Part shown: piece after piece, positions 42,279 through 55,692 of the stretch
Layout: each line of letters begins with the position of its first letter
Position numbering within the stretch: the stretch's first letter is position 1
From: Macrostomum lignano
Lineage: Eukaryota
NCBI GenBank assembly: GCA_002269645.1
Contig: NIVC01001450.1
Span: 124,001-188,000 of the forward strand
Direction: 5' to 3'
DNA: 64,000 bases
Program-made: the position numbers and the translations under genes
Notes under the pieces: model-generated
Told to the model about the DNA's origin: nothing
What the model saw: the letters and a program-made list of their open reading frames with translations, nothing else
The model's database searches: none

Positions 42279-43987
42279 AAGAGACTCAGGGAGAGAGAAT
42301 CAAGAAGAGATAATCTGGGAAAAATAATCATGAAAAGAGACTCAGGGAGAGAGAATCAAGAAGAGATTATCTGGGAAAAATAATCATGAAAAGAGACTCA
42401 GGGAGAGAGAATCAAGAAGAGATTATCTGGGAAAAATAATCATGAAAAGAGACTCAGGGAGAGAGAATCAAGAAGAGATAATCTGGGAAAAATAATCATG
42501 AAAAGAGACTCAGGGAGAGAGAATCAAGAAGAGATAATCTGGGAAAAATAATCATGAAAAGAGACTCAGGGAGAGAGAATCAAGAAGAGATAATCTGGGA
42601 AAAATAATCATGAAAAGAGACTCAGGGAGAGAGAATCAAGAAGAGATAATCTGGGAAAAATAATCATGAAAAGAGACTCAGGGAGAGAGAATCAAGAAGA
42701 GATAATCTGGGAAAAATAATCATGAAAAGAGACTCAGGGAGAGAGAATCAAGAAGAGATAATCTGGGAAAAATAATCATGAAAAGAGACTCAGGGAGAGA
42801 GAATCAAGAAGAGATAATCTGGGAAAAATAATCATGAAAAGAGACTCAGGGAGAGAGAATCAAGAAGAGATAATCTGGGAAAAATAATCATGAAAAGAGA
42901 CTCAGGGAGAGAGAATCAAGAAGAGATTATCTGGGAAAAATAATCATGAAAAGAGACTCAGGGAGAGAGAATCAAGAAGAGATAATCTGGGAAAAATAAT
43001 CATGAAAAGAGACTCAGGGAGAGAGAATCAAGAAGAGATAATCTGGGAAAAATAATCATGAAAAGAGACTCAGGGAGAGAGAATCAAGAAGAGATAATCT
43101 GGGAAAAATAATCATGAAAAGAGACTCAGGGAGAGAGAATCAAGAAGAGATAATCTGGGAAAAATAATCATGAAAAGAGACTCAGGGAGAGAGAATCAAG
43201 AAGAGATAATCTGGGAAAAATAATCATGAAAAGAGACTCAGGGAGAGAGAATCAAGAAGAGATAATCTGGGAAAAATAATCATGAAAAGAGACTCAGGGA
43301 GAGAGAATCAAGAAGAGATAATCTGGGAAAAATAATCATGAAAAGAGACTCAGGGAGAGAGAATCAAGAAGAGATTATCTGGGAAAAATAATCATGAAAA
43401 GAGACTCAGGGAGAGAGAATCAAGAAGAGATAATCTGGGAAAAATAATCATGAAAAGAGACTCAGGGAGAGAGAATCAAGAAGAGATAATCTGGGAAAAA
43501 TAATCATGAAAAGAGACTCAGGGAGAGAGAATCAAGAAGAGATTATCTGGGAAAAATAATCATGAAAAGAGACTCAGGGAGAGAGAATCAAGAAGAGATT
43601 ATCTGGGAAAAATAATCATGAAAAGAGACTCAGGGAGAGAGAATCAAGAAGAGATAATCTGGGAAAAATAATCATGAAAAGAGACTCAGGGAGAGAGAAT
43701 CAAGAAGAGATTATCTGGGAAAAATAATCATGAAAAGAGACTCAGGGAGAGAGAATCAAGAAGAGATTATCTGGGAAAAATAATCATGAAAAGAGACTCA
43801 GGGAGAGAGAATCAAGAAGAGATAATCTGGGAAAAATAATCATGAAAAGAGACTCAGGGAGAGAGAATCAAGAAGAGATAATCTGGGAAAAATAATCATG
43901 AAAAGAGACTCAGGGAGAGAGAATCAAGAAGAGATTATCTGGGAAAAATAATCATGAAAAGAGACTCAGGGAGAGAGAATCAAGAAG
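42279..43987. repeat. 56-bp tandem satellite, about 30 copies
   Basis: Unit AAGAGACTCAGGGAGAGAGAATCAAGAAGAGAT(A/T)ATCTGGGAAAAATAATCATGAA; essentially one variable site. Confidence 0.97.
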
Positions 43988-46066
43988 CTAGAATTAGAAG
44001 CAATTAGAATCCGGATATTTAAGCGTTTTTTCGTGTAGTCGACGAAAGCTTTCAAAACAAGAAATCGATTTTTTATCACGACAAGTCAGCCGCCCCGAGC
44101 GACCTTAAGGCGACCGTGAGGCGACCGAATGAAAGTGCATAAGAGCTTAGGAAAAACATCCAAAGTACCATTTTTTGCTGAAAATGCTCTCTAGATTGCA
44201 ATTAAAGTACTCTAAGAACAAACTCCAAAAATATTTGGGCGATCGTTTGGGCGGCGCCGCCCGCAGTCGCCCCCAGTTTTTTCCCACTGGGAATGTACAT
44301 ATACAATTTGAGATAGATAGGGATTAATGCAAGTACATGGGATTAATTTACATATGCTAGTACATATAGAAATATGCTATGTATATGTATATCACGTTTA
44401 GGATAGCGTTTTCATATACTACTTACTTCATTTTGAGATAGTAGTATAGTTTGCGTTTTTTGCGTCAAAACATCTGAAAACCCAGCAGTTTCTGCGCATT
44501 ACGTAGTCGCGCGGTATTTATATACCCACAGAATCAGTGCAGTAAAACAACTGGTAGACCTCTTGTCACACATATACGGTAACCAGTGAAGCATGAGTTT
44601 CCAGTGAATTAATTTCGCACGTTAGTATGATCTCAGAAGTCATTAGTAATTAATACTAATTAGCGTAATATAAACGATGAATTCTAGGAGCCCTACCACA
44701 CTTAGAACTAGGCCCCTAGTTTTCTTTTCAATTTCAGATGGGTGGGCAGCAGAGAAAGCAAAGCACGACAGTCGGGTGAACGATAGTTACCAAATTCTTG
44801 TGTATTTACATGCAGTTTATTTTGCCGTGCAAGAAATGATGCATTGCTTAATTTTTTGAGTTTATTAAAAACTTCAGTGTACGCAGGCCTAGCGGCTTAA
44901 ATCGATCAATCAATTCGTCTGCAAAGTAACTTACAAGCTTACAGGTGATCGATGTAGCTTTATTTCGTTATCGGGATCATGATTTTTAGACTAGATGTGA
45001 TGTGGATAACTGCATTACATGTATATCGCGATTGCACTTGCATGCCACTCGGTCACACCCGCTGCATAACTGCAGAGCATACCTACAGCACAGTCCTGTG
45101 ATATATTACCATTCAATCTCTATGGATACTGGATAATAATGAATCACAGAGGTCCCAATTATCATAGTAAATGCACTATCGATAAGACAATTATATGTTC
45201 TTTAACCTCCAGCTCGATTTATAAGAAAATCGAATGTAGCGTCCTACTACTCATGTACTCCATCAAGAACTCCGCGACCCATTCCGCGGCGGCGGCTTCA
45301 GCATGCTGGCAATCGACAAAACGCCGAGTACACGCCTGTCCCCGTCAGTGGGGTGCCTGCAGTGTCAGCGGCAGTACGACTGGTCTCCAGCTGGAGTCGC
45401 CGACAGCGCAACAGTTGTCCATGGATAGCTGTTACACACAAACATTGCTAGTCAACCAGAAGCTGCCGGTATGTAGATGCTGTAACTACAAGTTTTCTCT
45501 GTCTGTCAACTGACCCGCGACATCTTACAGAAAAACAACTATTTGCTTCGCAGTTGACATGTAGGACTAGCTAAAGACCTAACAAAAAGGAAGATAAGTT
45601 GAAAGGGTCGCGCGAATTAGCACTAGAGAGCCAGCAGAGAAAGAGCAGAGTGCTTGAATTCATGCCGATCGGCCCTCTGCATCGGCATCGCCTGTCGTGA
45701 CTTAACACTTTGCTTTCGAGCTTTCGAGTGAGTGAGTGAGTGAAAGTCTTGACAACGCGGAATTCAAGGAGGGAGCGGCGCAACAGCCTTTAGGAGAGAA
45801 AATTCGTGTGAGGGAGTAGAGATGGAAATGGAAAGGGGGAGGCTGAAGACGCTGTTTGGAGCCCCGGGAAGAAAATTAAATTTCGTCTCCGGTCCGCTTT
45901 TATTAGATTCTGACCGGCTCGGTTCGGCTGCATCGCCTCGCCTCTCAGGGCTTCGGTCGTAGGTCATTTGCGCCCTCCATTTTCTAGTGTTTTATTTTTA
46001 GTGTATTCAGCAGCGCTTCCGGCTACTCTGCCATCTTCATCAGTCTCTGTCGATACCAGTGCTTTG

Positions 46067-46180
46067 CTGTCTGTCTGTCTGTCTGCTTGTTTGTCTATCT
46101 GCCTGTCTGTCCGTCTGTCTGTCTGTCTGTCTGCCTGTTTGTCTGTCTGTCTGTCTGTAGTGTCTGTCTGTTTGTCAGAG

Positions 46181-46219
<39 letters not shown>

Positions 46220-46232
46220 CTGTCTGTCTGTG

Positions 46233-46263
<31 letters not shown>

Positions 46264-46264
46264 G

Positions 46265-46337
<73 letters not shown>

Positions 46338-46385
46338 GTGTCTGTGTCTATCTTAGTGTCTCTCTGTCCATGTCTGTCTGTCTTC
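46067..46385. repeat. (TCTG)n microsatellite
   Basis: Direct reading. Confidence 0.95.
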
Positions 46386-47250
46386 TTCTTATCCCAGATC
46401 TGCTAGAATTCTAGCCTTTGATCGATTCACTTCTAGTATTCCAAGGCGCAACCCAAAACACACTGATGTTACATCAGCACGGGCTGTTCAACATCTATTC
46501 AAAACCCTTTTGACAATTATCGAACCAATTTCCTTTTCACCAAATGACCTCTCAGCACTCGGCTCCTCTCTTTCTGGCCTTGTCCCCACAGGCCGGCAGT
46601 CTATCATACTCGCTACTGCAAATCGAGTTTCCATCACTCTACAGCCAGCCTGGCCCAGCCAGCCAGAATACTAAAGAAAGCAATTCAGCCGACGTTGCTT
46701 GCTTTTTTGCTGCTGTTGCCGTTGTCTGTGTTCAGTTTGTAACCCGGCGTGACGCAATCAAACCCTGCAATTTTCAGGCTTAATTGCGCGCTGTCGCTGC
46801 AGTTACGCTTTTTGCTATGCGTACTTCGGGTGCCGTCCATCTACCTTCATCTCAGCAGCAAAATGTAAAGGGTAATTGAAAGCTTGCATGCGAGCCAGCT
46901 GAGTGTGTTTTTGTGACCTCTATACGAGTTATAGGGCTGGAACTGGCCTGCGCAATGGACTGACTAACTTTTTTGGGTAGGTAGCTTCCCCTGTGACACG
47001 AATAGCTGCTGCTAAAGGCGTGAAGTCAGCACTGCTAAGCACTAGTGCGCGTTCATGTTGGCGCATATGAGAGCACCACCTGCCATGCTGAACGTTAATT
47101 TATGCGCGCATATCTGCACGAACCGCTTTTTCGATTAGTTCTACCTAGATTTCAAATACTCTCGTATATGCTAGTACTTGCAGGTCTGCTTCTCGCCAGA
47201 CCAAGGTCAAACCCAATGTGCTAACAAGCTGTAGCACTGACAGTCAGTCA

Positions 47251-47760
47251 TCTCTCTTCTCCCTCTCTCTCTCGCTCTCGCTCTCTTCTCTCTCGCTCTC
47301 TTCCTCTCTCTTCTCCCTCTCTCTCGCTCTCGCTCTCTTCTCCCTCTCGCTCCTTTCTCCCTCTCTCTCTTCTCTCTCTTCTCTCTCTTCTCTCTCGCTC
47401 TCCTCTCTCTCGCTCTCTTCTCCCTCTCGCTCTCTTCTCCCTCTCTCTCTCTTCTCCCTCTCTCTCTTCTCCCTCTCGCTCTCTTCTCCCTCTCTCTCTC
47501 TCTTCTCCCTCCATCTCTTCTCTCTCTCTCTTCTCTCTCTTCTCTCTCGCTCTCTTCTCTCTCTCGCTCTCTTCTCCCTCTCGCTCTCTTCTCCCTCTCG
47601 CTCTTCTCCCTCCATCTCTTCTCTCTCTCTCTCTTCTCTCTCTTCTCTCTCGCTCTCTTCTCCCTCTCGCTCTCTTCTCCATCTCTCTCTTCTCCCTCTC
47701 CCTATTCTCTCTCGCTCTCTTCTCCCTCTCGCTCTCTTCTCCCTCTCTTCTCCCTATTTC
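47251..47760. repeat. CT-rich polypyrimidine repeat
   Basis: Direct reading. Confidence 0.9.
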
Positions 47761-48404
47761 CCTCCTCTACCTTTCATTCCCATATAGCCGCCTCCTTTCC
47801 CCCATCTCTCTATCGGCATAGCAGACCCAGACAGGCCCGCAACCAAACACAGAGGGACACCGCCACCCCTGGGTCCTTAAAAATTTCAATCTAGCAATCT
47901 ACTAGAGCAATCGGGTCTATAGCGAGTGCCAGCAGTTTATCTCTGCTGCAGCATCCTCCATCAGACTGAAGTGGCTCCTAGCGCTTGCCCGGCTCACAGC
48001 CATAAAATATTTATCGCCCTGACCTCAGAAGCCCGCATGTGGATGAGTGCAGCAGCTCATCCTGCATGACTCAAACCAGCTGCATATTCATCCAGCCTTG
48101 TGCTTCTGGTTGGCATTAAAATTTCAATAAACTGTGCTGCCATTTCCTCATTAAATTGACTGAATGACACTTTCACATTATTAAAGGGTATTGGCCTGAG
48201 CTCTGCTCAACCCCAGAGAGTCTCGTGGGCTTTGAAAATTTCAAATTTAAAAAATCCAACAAATAATCCGATTGACGATGTGTGGAGCTCTGCAGCCTCT
48301 GCTGGCATTTCATTTTTTGAGGAACTGCAGGGCTCATCTGGCCTGTGCGCCCTCCGTGACTTATTCTTGACTTCCCTTCTGTCTTTCCGTTCACTCTTCT
48401 CTGT

Positions 48405-49545
48405 GTCGTGTCCTGTCCTGTCCTGTCCTGTCCTATATTTCTCTTTGTCATGTCCTGTCCTGTCATATCCTGTCCTGTTCTATATTTCTCTTTGTCATGT
48501 CCTGTCCTGTCCTGTCCTGTCCTGTCCTGTCCTTTCCTGTCTTGTATTTCTCTCTGTCCTGTCCTGTCCTTTCCTGTCTTGTATTTCTCTCTGTCCTGTC
48601 CTGTCCTGTCCTGTCCTGTCCTGTCCTGTCCTGTCCTGTCCTGTCCTTTCCTGTCTTGTATTTCTCTCTGTCCTGTCCTGTCCTGTCCTGTCCTGTCCTG
48701 TCCTGTCCTGTCCTGTCCTGTCCTTTCCTGTCTTGTATTTCTCTCTGTCCTGTCCTGTCCTGTCCTGTCCTGTCCTGTCCTGTCCTGTCCTGTCTTGTAT
48801 TTCTCTCTGTCCTGTCCTGTCCTGTCCTGTCTTGTATTTCTCTCTGTCCTGTCCTGTCCTGTCCTGTCCTGTCCTGTCCTGTCTTGTATTTCTCTCTGTC
48901 CTGTCCTGTCCTGTCCTGTCCTGTCCTGTCCTGTCCTGTCATATCCTGTCCTGTCCTGTCCTGTCCTGTCCTGTCATATCCTGTCCTGTCCTGTCCTGTC
49001 CTGTCCTGTCCTGTCCTGTCCTGTCCTGTCATATCCTGTCCTGTCCTGTCCTGTCCTGTCCTGTCCTGTCCTGTCATATCCTGTCCTGTCCTGTCCTGTC
49101 CTGTCCTGTCCTGTCCTGTCCTGTCATATCCTGTCCTGTCATATCCTGTCCTGTCCTGTCCTGTCCTGTCATATCCTGTCCTGTCCTGTCCTGTCCTGTC
49201 CTGTCCTGTCCTGTCCTGTCATATCCTGTCCTGTCCTGTCCTGTCCTGTCCTGTCCTGTCCTGTCATATCCTGTCCTGTCCTGTCATATCCTGTCCTGTC
49301 CTGTCCTGTCCTGTCCTGTCCTGTCCTGTCCTGTCCTGTCATATCCTGTCCTGTCCTGTCCTGTCCTGTCCTGTCCTGTCCTGTCCTGTCCTGTCCTGTC
49401 CTGTCCTGTCATATCCTGTCCTGTCCTGTCCTGTCCTGTCCTGTCCTGTCCTGTCCTGTCCTGTCATATCCTGTCCTGTCCTGTCCTGTCCTGTCCTGTC
49501 CTGTCCTGTCCTGTCCTGTCCTGTCCTGTCATATCCTGTCCTCTC
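48405..49545. repeat. (TCCTG)n satellite with interspersed variant blocks
   Basis: TCTTGTATTTCTCTCTG interruptions in the left half, TCATA in the right half. Confidence 0.95.
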
Positions 49546-50980
49546 CTCTCCTCGTCCAACCATCCCCGTCTTCTACAACTCAGACAAGATATAAGCGGAC
49601 AGACTAAGAAAGCTACGAGGACTGAAGCAGTGCAGCTGCTACTCCAATTGAGCGCCGATAACTGCATGCTCTGCACTCCTGGCAACCACTGATGGCCGGC
49701 CCACTTGGCCCAGACTAAACTGGCACTCCATGTCCAACTGCTATTACCAGTGCACTTGGCAACCAAGCCGAGCTGTCAAGAGGAGGTGAAACTTGATAGC
49801 TAGCTAAGGGACAGGCGGACTGTCTGGGGATGAGAGGAGGCTGGGCCTGGCTTCACATCTTATCTGACTAGCTATCTGCCCAACAACCATTGGTTTTCTG
49901 TTGACGGCGTACTGGGTGGAACCTGCGTTCAATGGTGAAGTTTTAAAAAAAATTTCATATTTCCAATCAGGACACAGTCACCCCATTTATATATCCCAAT
50001 CTCTCCCTTGATTTATCTCAATCTCACTCTTCATCCAAACCCTATCTCACCCTTCATCCAAACCCTATCTCACCCTTCATCTAAACCCTATCTCACCTCT
50101 CTTTTAACCCAATCTCACCCTTCATCTTTCCTAATCTCACCCTTTATCTTTCCCAATCTCATCTCCCATCTATCCCAATCTCACCCTTCATCTTTCCCAT
50201 TCTCATCTCTTATCTATCCCAATCTCGCTCTCAAGCTATTCCAGACTCACACTTTGTCTAACTCAATCTCACCCTTCATCTATTCTAGTCTCACCCTCTG
50301 CTAAATCTCTAATTTCACCATTCAAAAATCCCTCCCCTCGAAGATGCTTCTCCCAGCTGCAAGCTACAGGACAACCTCAACCTCAGTTTTTCCCTAATTT
50401 GCATTTATTACCCAGCAGACCCTCCTGGGGAGCAGACGCGGGACCAGAACAGCAATTGGGAGCCGAGACGCATGAGGGGATTTTAATCCTCATGGGAGCT
50501 GCCATGCAGCCGGCAGCAACAGCAGTATCTTGATCTTCACCCCCTTTGCCTTTCCTCCCAAACTACCGGCTAACCGCCGCCATCATATAGCCGTGGCCGT
50601 TGGTTGCTGAGACAGCGAGCGGCCCACAGCCACAAGAAAACTCGATTAGCAAAATTCTGGGCAGCTCTTAACTGCCTGTGTGGCCTTGAATGGCGAGGAA
50701 GGGGAGACGGTTAAAAAGAACGTCGAGTACATTTCTTATCGCTTAATTCTGATGATGAACTGGGGGAGGCTGTGTGGCTTTTCATAATTTTATGGAGGCC
50801 TGCAGCTGCATCTGAAAGCTCGCCCCAGCTTTTTCTAAGAATTCCCAGGGCGTAAATGCTGGCTGCTTAGCTGCGATTCCTTGGCGTGGCTTTTGTACTT
50901 TTCTGGTAGTGGCGGCTCTGAATGTCAGTATATGAGATCTACTTGTATATATTCTGGTTTTTCCCGGTTAACATTGCGCC

Positions 50981-51470
50981 CCGATGCTCACCAGTTGGCG
51001 CCCCCGATGCTCACCAGTTGGCGCCCGCGATGCTCACCAGTTGGCGCCCTCGATGCTCACCAGTTGGCGCCCCTAATGCTCACCAGTTGGCGCCACTAAT
51101 GCTCACCAGTTGGCGCCCCCAATGCTCACCAGTTGGCGCCCCCGATGCTCACCAGTTGGCGCCCCTAATGCTCACCAGTTGGCGCCACTAATGCTCACCA
51201 GTTGGCGCCCCCAATGCTCACCAGTTGGCGCCCCCGATGCTCACCAGTTGGCGCCCCCGATGCTCACCAGTTGGCGCCCCCCATTGCTCACCAGTTGGCG
51301 CCCCCGATGCTCACCAGTTGGCGCCCTCGATGCTCACCAGTTGGCGCCCCCGATGCTCACTAGTTGGCGCCCCCGATGCTTACCTTGGCGCCTCCCCGTA
51401 ATCATCTTGGCGCCTCCCCATAATCATCTTGGCGCCCCTGATGCTCACCTTTGGCGCCCCCAGTGCTCAC
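50981..51470. repeat. 23-bp minisatellite (GATGCTCACCAGTTGGCGCCCCC)
   Basis: Direct tandem copies, degenerating at the right end. Confidence 0.95.
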
Positions 51471-51829
51471 TGCACTTCTTCAGGCATTTTAGCTGTCAAA
51501 CTGTGGTTGTTGATCATAGCAGCTGTGAATTATAGCATCTCATATATATACTTCACTTTGTAAAATGTGTGATAAGTTCATGAAAATAGGATGCTACTAT
51601 TCACGGATGTAGCTCGTATATTTCCAAAAATGGTTCTGCAGCTTCAATCAGTGCTATATTTCAGTCATGACGGGACTCAGATTGAATCCGATAAATGAAT
51701 CGGTGACCTATTTATAACTCCAGCACGGCCGTGTCTGCCATCCTGCACTGATCTTCACCTCTTCACCTGTATTTATTTGGCTCCTTTTGACGCTGGCGTT
51801 CTGCGACATTATCCCTCATTTAGGGGGGT

Positions 51830-52270
51830 GAGAAGAGAAATGAGAAGGGAATGAGAAGGGGAATGGAGAAGGAGTGGGAAGGGGAGTGAGAAGTGGAATG
51901 AGAAGGGGAGTGGGAAGGAGAGTGAGAAGGGGGTGAGAAGGGGAATGAGAAGGGGAGTGGGAAGGGGAATGAGAAGGGGAGTGAGAAGGGGAGTGAGAAG
52001 GGGATTGAGAAGTGGAGTGGGAAGGGGAGTGAGAAGGGGAGTGGGAAGGGGAGTGGGAAGGGGAGTGAGAAGGGGAGTGAGAAGGGGATTGAGAAGTGGA
52101 GTGGGAAGGGGAGTGAGAAGGGGAGTGAGAAGGGGATTGAGAAGTGGAGTGGGAAGGGGAGTGAGAAGGGGAGTGAGAAGGAGAGTGAGAATGAAATGGA
52201 AGGGGAGTAAGATGGAGAATGAGAAAGGGAGTGAGAGGGGAGTGAAAGATGGATTGAGTGGGGGGAAAAA
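51830..52270. repeat. 12-bp purine-rich repeat (GAGAAGGGGAGT)
   Basis: Direct reading. Confidence 0.9.
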
Positions 52271-52944
52271 GAAGGGGAATGAGATGGGGTGGTAAATTAA
52301 CGGGGTAGAGGAACGCGGGTACCAGGAGTCAAGAGACAGGGCTACAAGACAAAGCCTTTTAAAGTCTAAACCAGCGGAGTGAAGGAACGCCATAAAGGAA
52401 AGATTTCTAGCGGAAATCTGTGTCCAAATAAAGTCAACAATCAATGCTTACAGAGCCACCCCAATGCAGCTCAAGCATCACAGGCGTTCACTGGTTGTGC
52501 AAACATTTCGTATTGCAAATCTGGAGAGCGCTACATGCAAGTACAGATCGTTTGCAGCACAGGCCATTTCATAAGCAGAGCGCCTGGAACTGATCCGTCC
52601 GCCAGTGTGATGGATGGCAACAATGCCGTGGGAAATTATTAATAACAATGTATGAGAAACATGGACTCCAATTCAAATTAGCAGCACAGTGTTTTGCTCA
52701 GACTTATCTGCATCAAATCACTGGTACTGTTGACGCATTGGGGATGTGCTGTAGTCTGCTTCCCTTCAAGCAGAAGCCGCCACCTGCTCTTCATCAGATT
52801 GTGGTTGACTGGGTGCACAACTTGGCATTGGTTTTTGCACTGCGCTTTTGGGGCGTTCTGAATCGGAAAAGCTTGAAATCAGGAATTGTAGATGCTTTCA
52901 GCAGGTTTACCAGATGATCCTGGAACAATTTGAAGGTTGAAAGA

Positions 52945-53955
52945 ACAAGATAGAGGATCCTGAAGGTTTCGATAAGAAGCTAGAGGGTCCTGAAGGCCTT
53001 GGTAAGAAGCTAGAGGGTCCTGAAGATTTCGATAGAAGCTAGAGGGTCCCGAGGATTTTGATAAGAAGCTAGAGGATGCTGAAGGCTTTGGTAAGAAGCA
53101 AGAGTATGCTGAAGGCTTTGGTAAGAAGCTAAAGGATGCTGAAGGCTTTGAGAAGAAGCTAAAGGATGCTGAAGGCTTTGGTAAGAAGCTAGAGGATGCT
53201 GAAGGCTTTGAGAAGAAGCTAAAGGATGCTGAAGGCTTTGGTAAGAAGCTAAAGGATGCTGAAGGCTTTGGTAAGAAGCTAGAGGGTCCTGAAGGCTTTG
53301 GTAAGAAGCTAGAGGATGCTGAAGGCTTTGGTAAGAAGTTAAAGGATGCTGAATGCTTTGAGAAGAAGCTAAAGGATGCTGAAGGCTTTGGTAAGAAGCT
53401 AAAGGATGCTGAAGGCTTTGAGAAGAAGCTAAAGGATGCTGAAGGCTTTGAGAAGAAGCTAAAGGATGCTGAAGGCTTTGAGAAGAAGCTAAAGGATGCT
53501 GAAGGCTTTGAGAAGAAGCTAGAGGGTCCTGAAGGCTTTGGTAAGAAGCTAGAGGATGCTGAAGGCTTTGGTAAGAAGCAAGAGGATGCTGAAGGCTTTG
53601 GTAAGAAGCTAAAGGATGCTGAAGGCTTTGGTCAGGAGCTAGAGAATCCTGAAGGTTTTTATCTGAAGCTAGAGAATCCTGAAGGTTTTGATCAGAAGCT
53701 AGAGGGTCCCAAATGTTTTAGTAGCTCTTAAGAAGCTAGAGAATCCTGAAGATTTTGGTCAGAAGCTAGAGGGTCCCAAATGTTTTAGTAGCTGTTAAGA
53801 AGCTAGAGAATCCTGAAGATTTTGGTCAGAAGCTAGAGGGTCCCAAATGTTTTAGTAGCTCTTAAGAAGCTAGAGAATCCTGAATATTTTGGTCAGAAGC
53901 TAGAGGGTCCCAAATGTTTTAGTAACTCTTAAGAAGCTAGAGAATCCTGAATATT
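52945..53955. repeat. 30-bp minisatellite grading into a 67-bp higher-order unit
   Basis: AGAAGCTAAAGGATGCTGAAGGCTTTGGTA units to about 53690, then about 4 copies of a 67-mer. Confidence 0.9.
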
Positions 53956-54474
53956 CCAAAAGTCAAACTGATAAATATTAACACGCTACCAGAAACATCA
54001 CAAATGCTAATTTAGGTCTCAGTCCATCAAAAACCGATCCAACTGCTTATCTAGCGTTAGGTGGTCTTCAAATTAAAATTGCATGCATTGAACAACACAC
54101 AAGCTCAAAAACCTCGAGCAGCATGAGAGTTAACAGGGCCAACGTCCCAGTGCAGCGTTCATTTTTTGATGGATGATTTTTTCCCGCTGAAAATCTGCTC
54201 TGAAAATTTCCTGGTAAATCACGAAAGAACTGGCAGGCCGGAGGGGGTGCTGGGAGGGAGAGATGCGGAGAGGAGAATAGGGAGAGCAGAGTCCACTCAG
54301 ACAGCACGGGAGAGGCTGCAGTGAAGACAGCGACCGCTGGGTAAAACATGTGAATCAGGCTGATAGCCAAATCTCTTTGAAACTGACTGTCAAGACTTCA
54401 TTTCCTGCGACTGTCTGCTTCCAGGGGCTGCATGATCGGAATGAATGGCGACTGGCAAAGGACAGAGTGAAACG

Positions 54475-55160
<686 letters not shown>

Positions 55161-55334
55161 AGTTAGGCAGGCATAGGAAATTTGAGCAGGCCGCGGATGT
55201 GGCAGAGCCGTGAGCCCCGCACATTCCTCACTGCCCGGGCTGGGGGCAGAGCTGCAGTGCGCAGCCGGGCAGGGCAGGCTGAGGCTGCACCGCCCGGTTC
55301 CGGCGCCATGCGCCCCCCCCCCCTGCCCTGCCTG

Positions 55335-55355
55335 ATTGGCAAGCGGCCGTCCAAT
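55335..55355. promoter_or_regulatory. Possible CCAAT boxes upstream of the 555-aa gene
   Basis: ATTGG at 55335 and CCAAT at 55351 in a GC-rich island about 340 bp before the ATG. Confidence 0.3.
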
Positions 55356-55692
55356 GGCCGAGGCAGCAGGCAGGAGAGGCTGAAATTCCTGCCTTCAGTG
55401 CGCTGTCGCCTCAGCGCCCTTCGCCTTCTCCTTCCCCCCCCCAGCCCGGCGGCAGGGCATTAAAGTGTGAGCAAGCCGAGGTGCGCTGCCCCCTCAGTAG
55501 GAAACACTGCGACAGCTTTTCGATTTCCTTCCACCCAGCCCCACCCCCGAGAGTAAGCCGAGAGCTCACGGAACTCTTTGAGCTCGGGTACCGGCAGGCA
55601 GCTTGGCCTCCTCAACCTGAGAGCCGCTCCAACCCCCATGCTTGGGGCTCCCTGCCGGCCTTCAAAACTGTTGAGATGACCGCGGCGTCGCC

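Larger units (their letters stand above)
28863..44291. mobile_element. EnSpm/CACTA DNA transposon unit, 15.4 kb
   Basis: Perfect 16-bp TIR CCCAGTGGGAAAAAAC (28863-28878; reverse complement at 44276-44291), AA on both outer sides, GGCGACC subterminal repeats at both ends, transposase inside. Confidence 0.75.

Noticed and set aside
42279-43987. CRISPR-like regular arrays (also 50981-51470 and 60470-61055)
   Set aside because: Head-to-tail repeats without unique spacers, no cas genes, eukaryotic context.
44294-45500. Polinton terminus or further Polinton genes
   Set aside because: Composition continues the tract after polB, but no AGTAGT/AGAGAG-type end or recognisable ORF is present.
52945-53700. 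30-bp repeat read as a KKLKDAEGFG decapeptide exon
   Set aside because: One unit has a frame-breaking 1-bp loss, no start or clear splice context, and the array turns into 67-bp units.
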